Below are positions 7,900 to 16,167 of a stretch of DNA of 30,558 bases, in pieces. A model generated the notes under the pieces. That model saw only the letters and a list, made by a program, of their open reading frames with translations, was not told where the DNA came from and did no database searches. A program made the position numbers and the translations under genes. The DNA comes from an uncultured Candidatus Saccharibacteria bacterium (lineage in GTDB: Bacteria > Patescibacteriota > Minisyncoccia > UBA6257 > GWB1-50-10), in assembly GCA_964528655.1 (NCBI GenBank), contig CAZGST010000001.1, positions 12,061 to 42,618 on the forward strand, written 5' to 3'. The first letter of the stretch is position 1. Each line of letters starts with the position of its first letter.

Positions 7900-9363
7900 A
7901 TGCCCAAAGGCTCTCGAATTCAGATAATCAAATACGCTCCACCCCCAACTGAACTCCCAATCTATGGAAGAGTTGAGCCCGAAGACGTGTCATTTATCGG
8001 CCGCACCAACTACGTGGCCGCCCTTGAAGAAAAAAAGTTCATCTTCGGAATGAAGCGAAAGGACCGCCGCCGTCACCTCTACGTTATCGGAAAAAGTGGT
8101 GTTGGTAAGTCAAAGCTCCTCGAGCTTCTTATGCGCCAAGACGTTGCCTACGGCCACGGTATCTGCGTCCTCGATCCTCACGGAGATGACATCGAGGAGC
8201 TTATCGATTTTATTCCCGAAAATAGAATAGAAGATGTCTGCATTATCAATCCTGCCGACACTGAGTTTCCAGTCTCTTTCAACCCCCTCGCGAATATTGA
8301 TCCGAACTTCAAACACCAACTTACCCAAGGGTTGATCGAAGTATTGGAAAAGCAGTTCGGAGCAAACTGGACTCCTCGTCTTGAGCACGTCTTCCGCTTT
8401 ACCGTCTTGGCACTTTTGGACTACCCCTATGCCACTATGCGTGGGATGATCTCAATGCTCACTGACCGTAACTATCGCCAAAAAGTAGTCGAATACATCG
8501 AAGACGACATGGTAAAGCGCTTCTGGGCAATTGAATTCGCGGACTGGTCAGAAAAGTTCGACACAGACGCCATCATTCCTCTCGTAAACAAACTCGGTCA
8601 GTTCCTCTCCGAACCGATGCTTCGAAACATCTTCGGTCAGAGAGAAAACAAGGTTGATCTTGAAAAAATGATGCAAGAAAAGAAAATAATTCTTATCAAT
8701 CTCTCCAAAGGTAGAATCGGTGAAGAGAACTCTAGCTTCTTCGGCTCCATGTTTATTACCAAACTGAAGCAAGCTGGTATGGCAAGAGCCAAACTACCCG
8801 AAAACAAGCGTCATGACTTCTACATCTACGCAGACGAGTTCCAGAATCTTGTGACAGAGACCTTCGAAAACCTCCTCTCTGAGGCCCGTAAATACGGAAT
8901 CTGTCTCACTATGGCCCATCAATACCTGAAGCAGTTGATTCCTCAAGTGCAGGCTGCGGTAATGGGTAACGTTGGTTCAATTGTTGTCTTTCGCGTAGGA
9001 GGTGAAGACGCGGAACGGTTGGAAGCAGAAATGACCCCGATCTTCAAATCAAAGGACATGATAAACCTTGGTATGCAGGAGTTCTATGTAAAACTCATGA
9101 TCGATGGCGAATCCTATGACCCGTTCTCTGCGGAAACTCTGAAAATTCTCCACCCACCACATCCTTCCTACCGAGAAAGAATTATTGAAAGTTCGCGTCA
9201 GAAATACGCTGTTCCTCTTGAAAAGGTTAAAAGCGGAATCCTAGAAGAAGAGCAGGAGATCTTCAAAAGAAATACTGCTCCCCGCGCAACTACTAGCGCA
9301 TCTGCTGGTGGTGGAAAAGAAGAAAGCGCTCCGGTTGAAAAAGACCCAGAACCGCTAATCTAG
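7900..9363 (+). CDS. VirB4/TraG/HerA-like P-loop ATPase (CPR type IV secretion-associated, DUF87-type)
   Basis: Walker A GKSGVGKS, VLDPHGD, Walker B YIYADEFQN, LSEARKYG..LTMAHQYLKQL, GNVGSIVVFRVG.EDAE. Confidence 0.85.
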   Translation: MPKGSRIQIIKYAPPPTELPIYGRVEPEDVSFIGRTNYVAALEEKKFIFGMKRKDRRRHLYVIGKSGVGKSKLLELLMRQDVAYGHGICVLDPHGDDIEELIDFIPENRIEDVCIINPADTEFPVSFNPLANIDPNFKHQLTQGLIEVLEKQFGANWTPRLEHVFRFTVLALLDYPYATMRGMISMLTDRNYRQKVVEYIEDDMVKRFWAIEFADWSEKFDTDAIIPLVNKLGQFLSEPMLRNIFGQRENKVDLEKMMQEKKIILINLSKGRIGEENSSFFGSMFITKLKQAGMARAKLPENKRHDFYIYADEFQNLVTETFENLLSEARKYGICLTMAHQYLKQLIPQVQAAVMGNVGSIVVFRVGGEDAERLEAEMTPIFKSKDMINLGMQEFYVKLMIDGESYDPFSAETLKILHPPHPSYRERIIESSRQKYAVPLEKVKSGILEEEQEIFKRNTAPRATTSASAGGGKEESAPVEKDPEPLI

Positions 9364-9367
9364 AGTA

Positions 9368-9395
9368 TTGACATACATACACCATGATGTATAGT
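9368..9395 (+). promoter_or_regulatory. TA operon promoter with an operator-like inverted repeat
   Basis: TTGACA (9368-9373), 16-nt spacer, TATAGT (9390-9395). Inverted repeat ATACAT-N8-ATGTAT (9373-9392) lies across the spacer and both boxes. Confidence 0.65.
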
Positions 9396-9403
9396 AGCAA
9401 TAT

Positions 9404-9661
9404 ATGAGCAGAACTCAAATCTATCTTCCTAAAACTCAAAAAGACGAAGTAAAAAAGATTGCCCTAAAGGAAGGCACTACCATCTCTCATGTTATTCGAG
9501 TATTTGTGGAACAAGGATTAAGATCTCTCAGAATGGAAAAGAGCACGAAACGTCATAGATCCCTCCTTGATGTACTAGAAGCAGTGAAGCGTTTAAAGGA
9601 AAAAGGACCAAAGGATTTAGCAGCAAATGTAGATAAGTATCTCTATAGAGGAAAAAAATAA
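9404..9661 (+). CDS. Putative antitoxin, ribbon-helix-helix/CopG-like (VapB-type)
   Basis: 85 aa. N-terminal RTQIYL beta-strand plus helices (EGTTISHVIRVFVEQGL). C-terminal GPKDLAANVDKYLY. Lies directly upstream of a PIN gene. Confidence 0.75.
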   Translation: MSRTQIYLPKTQKDEVKKIALKEGTTISHVIRVFVEQGLRSLRMEKSTKRHRSLLDVLEAVKRLKEKGPKDLAANVDKYLYRGKK

Positions 9662-9662
9662 G

Positions 9663-10073
9663 ATTTTTGTCGATACGAGCTACTTTGTTGCGTTCTCCAA
9701 ACCAAATGATTCCTTGCACAAAGAGGCTCTAGTAATCGAAGAAAAGATAAGAAAAGAGGGCATGGAGATAGTTATCTCAAACCTTATTTTCATCGAAACG
9801 GTAACAGTACTCTCACAACAAGTGGGCCATGGGACAGCAATAGCAATGGGTGAGTATCTAGAAAAAGATTTAAAAAATCCGATTATTTTTATCGATAAAG
9901 TGCTTCATGGTCAATCCTCGGAGATATTTAAAAAGAACAAAGACAAAAACATCAGCTTCACAGATTGTAGCGTGGTAGCAGTAATGGAATCAGAGCATAT
10001 TCAAAAACTCCTTACGTTCGACAAGCATTTCCAGAAATTGAGAAAATTTTATGACTTTGATTTCTTTAACTAA
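9663..10073 (+). CDS. vapC: VapC-like PIN-domain toxin; no canonical start codon, so possibly inactivated or using a non-AUG start
   Basis: The frame extends upstream of the ORF-track start (9714) to KIFVDTSYFVA, the first PIN motif. It also has FIET, SFTDC and LTFDKHF. No ATG/GTG/TTG lies between the in-frame TAG at 9630 and IFVD. Start coordinate is provisional (ATT). Confidence 0.75.
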   Translation: MFVDTSYFVAFSKPNDSLHKEALVIEEKIRKEGMEIVISNLIFIETVTVLSQQVGHGTAIAMGEYLEKDLKNPIIFIDKVLHGQSSEIFKKNKDKNISFTDCSVVAVMESEHIQKLLTFDKHFQKLRKFYDFDFFN

Positions 10074-10075
10074 CA

Positions 10076-11851
10076 ATGAATCAAACACTAAGGGTGTGTC
10101 AGAGTTGTAAACAAAGTTTCGAAATCACTCCCGAGGACCTTGAGTTTTACTCCAAAATAAAAGTCCCCGCGCCTACGTTTTGTGCTGACTGTCGTCTAGG
10201 GCGAAGAATGAGTTTTCGAAATGAGTTCACCTTCTATAAGCGATCTTGTGATCTATGTAAGAAAAGTATTATCTCTACCTACCGACCCTCGGTAGCGTGT
10301 CCAGTATACTGCGTGCACTGCTGGTACAGCGACGCATGGACTGCGGAAGACTACGGTATGCAGGTAGATTTCAATCAGCCTTTCCTAAGTCAGGTGAAAA
10401 CGCTCATGCAGAAAGTGCCCCACATTGGCACATTTCAAATGAACTGTGTGGAGTCTGATTACACAAACTACGCCTTCGATAGTAAGCGTGGGTACCTCGT
10501 AACAGGGTATGTAGAATCAGAGTCCTGCTCGTATGGGAATATTATTTGGCAATCAAAAGATTCACTTAACTGCTTCTATCTAGTGAAATCAGAGTTGTGC
10601 TACGAGTGTGTAAGCGTTAGTCAGTGTTACCGTGTCTCTTTTGGGGAAGACTGCGTCGCATGCAACAATTCGTTCTTTTTGTACAACTGTCGAAACTGCT
10701 CAAATTGTATAGGGTGTATAAACCTCGTAGGTAAAGAGTACTGGATGTTTAATAAGCCTGTTTCAAAAGAAACATATCAAGAGTTTATGAGCAAACTCGA
10801 ACCACTAACTGTAACAAAGATCGAAGAACTACGTAATCAATTTCTCCACCTAAAAAAGAACACAATACATCGGTATGCCAACCTTGTAAATACATTAAAT
10901 ACGACTGGGAACAATGTAAGAAATAGCAAAAATACCAAAAGTGCATTTTATGCCAATGATCTCGAAAACTCAGGATATCTTTTTATCGCAAGTAAAATAA
11001 AAGAGGGATTCGACGTCACAAATACACCAGGATTAGAAATGGGTTATGAATGCGTATCCGCAGTTGGGCTCTATAATGGTCTTTTCTCAAGTTTAAGTGG
11101 AGGAAGCGAGTACGTCCAATACTGCGAATTGTGTCCAAACGCAAAGAATGCGTTCGGATGCATAGGAATGAGAAAAGCAGAATACTGTATTTTGAATAAA
11201 CGCTACACCAAAGAAGAATATGAGGGTCTAAAAACTGAAATAATTGAACACATGGTGAAAGTGCCGTATGTAGATAGGGGAAACAGGGTATACCAATATG
11301 GAGAGTTTTTCCCGATTGAACTTTCTCTCTTTCCGTATAATGATAGTCAAGCAAATGATTATTTCCCTCTAAGCCGAGAGGAAGCCATGCTAAAGAATTT
11401 TCCATACGAAGAACGTGAAATAAAAGCATACACTACAACCAAATCCGGAAGTGCGTTACCAGAATCTATCAACGAAGTGGATGAGAGCATCTGTAAAGAA
11501 ATAATTTCGTGCATGGAGTGTAGGAAGGCCTACAGGATTATTTCTTCGGAACTGGAATTTTACAAGAAAATCGGGATTCCTCTGCCCCGTAAGTGTCCTT
11601 CATGCAGGCATGCTTTTAGGACAAAAAAAAGAAATCCCCCACACTTATTTCATCGCGAATGTGGGTGTAGGGGGAGCGCGTCAGCTTTATTGGAACCTCA
11701 GAAAAGTGAGCCTGAAAAAGGCATATTTCAGAATAGACAAGGGCATATTCATGGAGGAGGTCCGTGCAAAAAACAATTTGAAACTACGTATGCGCCAGAA
11801 AGATCAGAAATCATCTACTGCGAACCATGTTATCAATCAGAAGTGATTTAA
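10076..11851 (+). CDS. Cys-rich multi-metal-finger protein, paralog P2
   Basis: Same motif order as P1: CQSC, PTFCADCR, RNE, GEFFP, PLPRKCPSCR; ends YCEPCYQSEVI. Confidence 0.9.
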   Translation: MNQTLRVCQSCKQSFEITPEDLEFYSKIKVPAPTFCADCRLGRRMSFRNEFTFYKRSCDLCKKSIISTYRPSVACPVYCVHCWYSDAWTAEDYGMQVDFNQPFLSQVKTLMQKVPHIGTFQMNCVESDYTNYAFDSKRGYLVTGYVESESCSYGNIIWQSKDSLNCFYLVKSELCYECVSVSQCYRVSFGEDCVACNNSFFLYNCRNCSNCIGCINLVGKEYWMFNKPVSKETYQEFMSKLEPLTVTKIEELRNQFLHLKKNTIHRYANLVNTLNTTGNNVRNSKNTKSAFYANDLENSGYLFIASKIKEGFDVTNTPGLEMGYECVSAVGLYNGLFSSLSGGSEYVQYCELCPNAKNAFGCIGMRKAEYCILNKRYTKEEYEGLKTEIIEHMVKVPYVDRGNRVYQYGEFFPIELSLFPYNDSQANDYFPLSREEAMLKNFPYEEREIKAYTTTKSGSALPESINEVDESICKEIISCMECRKAYRIISSELEFYKKIGIPLPRKCPSCRHAFRTKKRNPPHLFHRECGCRGSASALLEPQKSEPEKGIFQNRQGHIHGGGPCKKQFETTYAPERSEIIYCEPCYQSEVI

Positions 11852-11939
11852 TAAAAGTTAGCGAGTTGACGCGTTACGGGCTGCAAGGTTCAGGAAACCC
11901 GACAGCCCGTAACTCGCGAAGCCATAAACCATCCCAAAC
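11852..11939 (+). other. 88-nt structured intergenic element, copy A
   Basis: GTTACGGGCTG (11873-11883) pairs perfectly with CAGCCCGTAAC (11903-11913). GCGAGTT (11861-11867) pairs with AACTCGC (11911-11917). Related to 30078-30165. Confidence 0.6.
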
Positions 11940-13706
11940 ATGAATAAACAATGTCAAAACTGCAAAACCAATTTCTCTATCGAAAACGAGGACCTTGAGT
12001 TCTACTCCAAAATAAAAGTCCCGACACCCACCTGGTGCCCCGAGTGCCATCTCATTCGTCGCATGCTCTGGAGAAATGAACGCGCACTCTATCGCAGGCC
12101 ATGCAGCAAGTGTGGCAAGGAAAAAATTACAATGTACCCAAGTGAGAGTCCATACACAGTCTACTGTCTCGACTGCTGGTGGGGCGACACGTGGAACGGG
12201 GATGAATTCGGTCGAGAGTATAGCTTCCAAAAAACCTTTTTCGAGCAGTTCCGTGATCTGCTCCGCACTGTGCCGCGTCCAAGCACCATACAACAGCAAA
12301 ACGTACGATGTGATTATGTGAACCGTGTGAGTCAGAGCAAAGACTGCTACCTTATCTTCGGAGCAAACTACAACGAAAACTGTTTCTACGGCACCCAGAT
12401 CAATAACTGCAAGGACTCAATGGACTCCTTCAACTTGCAGTTGTCAGAGCTGTGCTATGGCTGTACAGACTGTTCGGGTTCCTACAGACTCCTCTACTCC
12501 AAAGATTGCATAAGCTGCACAAATTCCGAACTCCTCACAGACTGCCGAAATTGTGACTCATGCTTTGGATGTGTGAATCTAAGAAACAAAAAACACTGCG
12601 TTTATAATGAGCAGCTCACAAAAGAAGAATATGAGAACAAGGTAAGCGAAATGAACATGCATACTCGTGAGGGAGTGATATCCGCAAAACAAGGAGCAGA
12701 TGAAGCAGCCTTAAAAGGTATTTTTCCAAATATTATTTCTAAGGCTTGCGAACACGTGAGCGGTAACTGGCTAGATGGTGTGCGAGGTGGATACAACTGC
12801 TATGCATGCCGGAGTATCGAAAACGGAAAGAATCTTTTCTCGGTAATTGAAGCAAAAGACGTCCAAGACTTTACCTATTGGGGAAGGGGATCGGAATTAG
12901 TGTATGACACGATCAGTGTTGGCATGCAATGTAGCAATATCCGTTTCTGCAATGAGCTATGGAATGGGGTAGTAGACGCACAGTACTGTATGAACTGTCC
13001 AGGCTCATCTCATATATTCGGGTGCATCGGGGTAAAGAAAAAAGAATATTGCATTTTGAACAAGCAATACACAAAGGAAGAGTTTGAAAGTCTAGTACCA
13101 AAAATCATCGACCACATGAATGAGCATCCGTACAAAGACGCGCTAGGAAGAGTGTATCCCTATGGCGAATTTCTCCCACCAGAACTTTCCCTCTTCGGCT
13201 ACAACGAAACAATGGCACAGGAGTACTTTGCCCTCTCTGACTCAGAAGCGAAATCAAAGGGCTTCCGATGGGCAACACCAGAAAAGAAAAGTCATAACGT
13301 AACAATTGAAGTTGGTACGGTACCAAACGATATTGAACTAGTCGAAGAGAGCATCACAAAAGAAACTATCCGTTGCGCCCACGCAAAAGAAGGGATCGTA
13401 AGTTGCAACGAGCAATGTGCATCAGCCTTCCGCATCACACCTAAAGAACTTGAGTTTTACAAGAAACTAAACATCCCGCTCCCGACAATCTGCCACAACT
13501 GCCGTCACTTCGAACGTCTCTCTCGTCGGAATCCAATTCACCTGTGGGGGAGAGGGTGCTGTTGTCCTGCAGAAAAACGGTACACGAACACTGCAGCCCA
13601 CTTCCACGCACCCGAGTCTTGTCCAAATGAATTCCAAACCACGTACGCTCCAGAAAAACCGGAAACCGTATATTGCGAAACCTGTTACCAATCCGAAGTC
13701 GCCTGA
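11940..13706 (+). CDS. Cys-rich multi-metal-finger protein, paralog P3
   Basis: MNKQCQNC...RNERALY...GEFLP...; ends YCETCYQSEVA. Confidence 0.9.
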   Translation: MNKQCQNCKTNFSIENEDLEFYSKIKVPTPTWCPECHLIRRMLWRNERALYRRPCSKCGKEKITMYPSESPYTVYCLDCWWGDTWNGDEFGREYSFQKTFFEQFRDLLRTVPRPSTIQQQNVRCDYVNRVSQSKDCYLIFGANYNENCFYGTQINNCKDSMDSFNLQLSELCYGCTDCSGSYRLLYSKDCISCTNSELLTDCRNCDSCFGCVNLRNKKHCVYNEQLTKEEYENKVSEMNMHTREGVISAKQGADEAALKGIFPNIISKACEHVSGNWLDGVRGGYNCYACRSIENGKNLFSVIEAKDVQDFTYWGRGSELVYDTISVGMQCSNIRFCNELWNGVVDAQYCMNCPGSSHIFGCIGVKKKEYCILNKQYTKEEFESLVPKIIDHMNEHPYKDALGRVYPYGEFLPPELSLFGYNETMAQEYFALSDSEAKSKGFRWATPEKKSHNVTIEVGTVPNDIELVEESITKETIRCAHAKEGIVSCNEQCASAFRITPKELEFYKKLNIPLPTICHNCRHFERLSRRNPIHLWGRGCCCPAEKRYTNTAAHFHAPESCPNEFQTTYAPEKPETVYCETCYQSEVA

Positions 13707-13738
13707 AAAAGGATGAGACCTCATTTTCGTGCTCTCTT

Positions 13739-15505
13739 ATGAACATACGTATTTGTGAAAACTGCAAGCAAAACTTCACTATTGCTCCCGAAGACTTCGA
13801 GTTCTACAAAAGACTAGATGTTCCTCCGCCTACGTTTTGCCCCGAGTGTCGCATGATCCGACGAATGACCTTCAGAAATGAACGGGCGCTCTATAAAAAC
13901 GAGTGTGCTCTCTGCAAGAAAAACGTGATGAGCATGTACGGAAAAGAGAAACCTGTTGTGGTATATTGTCTCGACTGCTACCAAACTGAAGATAAGTGGG
14001 ATCCGAGTGCTTATGGGGTTGATTACGATTTTTCAAAAACCTTTTTTGAGCAGTTTTCCAGCTTACTAAAGAAAGTTCCTCGTAGAGCGCTCTACCAGGA
14101 CTTTGCAACTCACAGCGACTATTCAAACTGGGCAGTCTACCTCAAAAACAGCTATCTTATTTTTGGCGGGCACCATTATGAAGATACGCTCTACGCAAGT
14201 TCCTGTTTTTATATTAACGACTGTTGTGATCTAGATTTCTGCAAGAAATGCGAAGCGTGCAGTAACTCCATCCACATACGGGACTGTCACAACGTTCATT
14301 GGAGTGCATATACGGAAAACTGCACTGACTCGTCTTTTCTCTACGGTTGCAAAAACTGTCACGACTGTATTGGGTGTACGAATCTCAAAAATAGTGCGTT
14401 TTGTATTTTGAATACTCAATACACAAAAGATGAATACACGGACAAAGTAAAAGAGCTCCAACTTGATTCACACGAAGGCTTGGAGAAAATGAAAAAAGAA
14501 GCCGCGAACCTCTCATTGCAGTTCCCCAGAAAATTTGCCTGGGTAAGAAATGCCCCAAATTCAACTGGCGATGATCTTGAGGGGGTAAAGGATTGCATCC
14601 ACTGTTTCACAGCAAGCGAAGACGAAAACTGTCGTTATGCCTTCTTTCTTCCTACAGGAGCAAAAGATTCCTATGATCTCGATCATGTTGGGTTAGGAGC
14701 AGAAAATGTCTACGAGGTAATGAGCGCGTTCGGAATAAATAGAGTGGTAGGGGGGTCGCGTATCTATTTTAGCCATGATATCTACTATTCCGATGACTGT
14801 TATAACTCAAGTAATCTCTTTGGGTGTATCGGCCTCCGTAAAAAAGAGTATTGCATTCTGAACAAGCAGTACTCGAAAGATGAGTATGAAAAGCTTTTCC
14901 CAAAAATAAAAGAGCATATGATGAGTACTCCATACAGAGATAAAAAAGGAAGGACATATGGTTTTGGTGAATTCTTCCCGACAGAAATTTCCCCCTTTTG
15001 TTACAACGAGACAACTGCCGAAGAGTATTTCACGCTTACAGAAAATGAAGCGGTAAATAAAGGATATGCATGGAAAAGAGAAGAAACAAAAAAATACGAG
15101 GTAACACGAGAACCAAAAGACATACCAAACATACAAGAAGTCACAGATGACATCACGAAACAAATTATTCGCTGCGAACACGGGGGATTGTGTAATGATG
15201 GGTGCACAACCGCATTCCGAATCATTCCACAAGAGTTAGAGTTCTATAAAAAGGTACATCTTCCTCTGCCAAAGATGTGTCCAAATTGCCGACATTATGA
15301 ACGATTGGGTAGAAAAAACCCAATCACTCTCTACGATAGAAATTGCGATTGCATAAATGGAACATCAAAAAACAGTGTCTATAAAAACCTTGCCACGCAC
15401 GTCCATAATGAGAATACCTGTGGCGCTGAATTTAAAACTCCCTACGCCCCAACTCGACCAGAAATCATCTACTGCGAGCAATGTTATCAATCCGAAGTTG
15501 CATAA
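13739..15505 (+). CDS. Cys-rich multi-metal-finger protein, paralog P4
   Basis: MNIRICENC...RNERALY...GEFFP...; ends YCEQCYQSEVA. Start reassigned to ATG 13739, which removes the overlap with P3. Confidence 0.9.
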   Translation: MNIRICENCKQNFTIAPEDFEFYKRLDVPPPTFCPECRMIRRMTFRNERALYKNECALCKKNVMSMYGKEKPVVVYCLDCYQTEDKWDPSAYGVDYDFSKTFFEQFSSLLKKVPRRALYQDFATHSDYSNWAVYLKNSYLIFGGHHYEDTLYASSCFYINDCCDLDFCKKCEACSNSIHIRDCHNVHWSAYTENCTDSSFLYGCKNCHDCIGCTNLKNSAFCILNTQYTKDEYTDKVKELQLDSHEGLEKMKKEAANLSLQFPRKFAWVRNAPNSTGDDLEGVKDCIHCFTASEDENCRYAFFLPTGAKDSYDLDHVGLGAENVYEVMSAFGINRVVGGSRIYFSHDIYYSDDCYNSSNLFGCIGLRKKEYCILNKQYSKDEYEKLFPKIKEHMMSTPYRDKKGRTYGFGEFFPTEISPFCYNETTAEEYFTLTENEAVNKGYAWKREETKKYEVTREPKDIPNIQEVTDDITKQIIRCEHGGLCNDGCTTAFRIIPQELEFYKKVHLPLPKMCPNCRHYERLGRKNPITLYDRNCDCINGTSKNSVYKNLATHVHNENTCGAEFKTPYAPTRPEIIYCEQCYQSEVA

Positions 15506-15525
15506 AGCAAGAAGCGTGATAAAAT
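15498..15525 (+). promoter_or_regulatory. Possible promoter of the second TA module
   Basis: TTGCAT (15498-15503), 16-nt spacer, TG-A-TAAAAT extended -10 (15517-15525). An imperfect inverted repeat GTGATA...TAACAC overlaps it. Confidence 0.4.
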
Positions 15526-15534
15526 AATAACACT

Positions 15535-15756
15535 ATGAGCATCACACTAACCAGAAAAGCAAATAAGATTCTCGAAGAAGTAAAGAAAGTGGAGAAAAGA
15601 AGCCAGGTGGAAATCTTAGAACAAGCACTTCTTGAGTACCAAAAAAGAACAGAAAGATGGAACCAAATTCGTAAATGGGGAAGGGCTGCTGCAAAAAAAC
15701 AAGGAATAACAAGATTCTCGCAAATTGTTGAAATAGTAGACAAAATGCGTAAGTAA
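15535..15756 (+). CDS. Putative antitoxin, RHH/CopG-like
   Basis: 73 aa: MSITL, then helices (RSQVEILEQALLEY) and RWNQIRKWG...GIT. Lies immediately upstream of a PIN gene. Confidence 0.7.
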   Translation: MSITLTRKANKILEEVKKVEKRSQVEILEQALLEYQKRTERWNQIRKWGRAAAKKQGITRFSQIVEIVDKMRK

Positions 15757-15771
15757 CCCTCCCATAAAAAG

Positions 15772-16167
15772 ATGCGTGTTGTAGTGGATACGAATGTATA
15801 TATTTCTGCTGTTCTTGGAGGCGGCACATGCGCAAAAGTTTTACAAAAACTCTCTACTTCGGGGAGTTTTGTGTTTATATCTCCGTCCTTAGTGTATGAA
15901 GTAAGGAGAGTGCTAAGAGAAAAGTTTCATATGAGTGCCTCAAATGTAAGGCGTGTCGAAGAAGACATGAAAAGTAGGGCATTCCTTATTCATCCAAAGA
16001 AAAGAGTAAGAGAGGTGAAGGGCAATAAGGGAGATAACAGAATTCTGGAATGCGCGTACGCAAGTAAAGCAGACCATCTTATAACAGGGGACAAGAAACA
16101 CCTACTCGCACTAAAAAGTTTCAAGGGTACAAAGATTATTTCTCCAAGCGAATTCTTGAAGACATGA
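15772..16167 (+). CDS. PIN-family putative toxin (PIN_3 / TIGR00305-like)
   Basis: MRVVVDTNVYISA, D.RILECA..SKADHLITGDKKHLL and IISPSEFL are characteristic of PIN_3 proteins. Confidence 0.85.
   Translation: MRVVVDTNVYISAVLGGGTCAKVLQKLSTSGSFVFISPSLVYEVRRVLREKFHMSASNVRRVEEDMKSRAFLIHPKKRVREVKGNKGDNRILECAYASKADHLITGDKKHLLALKSFKGTKIISPSEFLKT

Noticed and set aside
11852-11939. Integron attC site or cassette array
   Set aside because: The hairpin lacks the RYYYAAC...GTTRRRY polarity expected after a cassette gene, most junctions are only 2-4 nt, and no integrase is present.
11852-11939. Known riboswitch (c-di-GMP-I) or tRNA
   Set aside because: CGCGAAGCC only loosely resembles the GCAAAGC motif. 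The other conserved elements and any cloverleaf/T-arm consensus are absent.
13673-13738. Apparent overlaps between paralogs (ORF-track starts 13673, 19540, 21270, 28332)
   Set aside because: These are artefacts of longest-ORF start choice. Downstream ATGs align with the family N-terminus and remove the overlaps.
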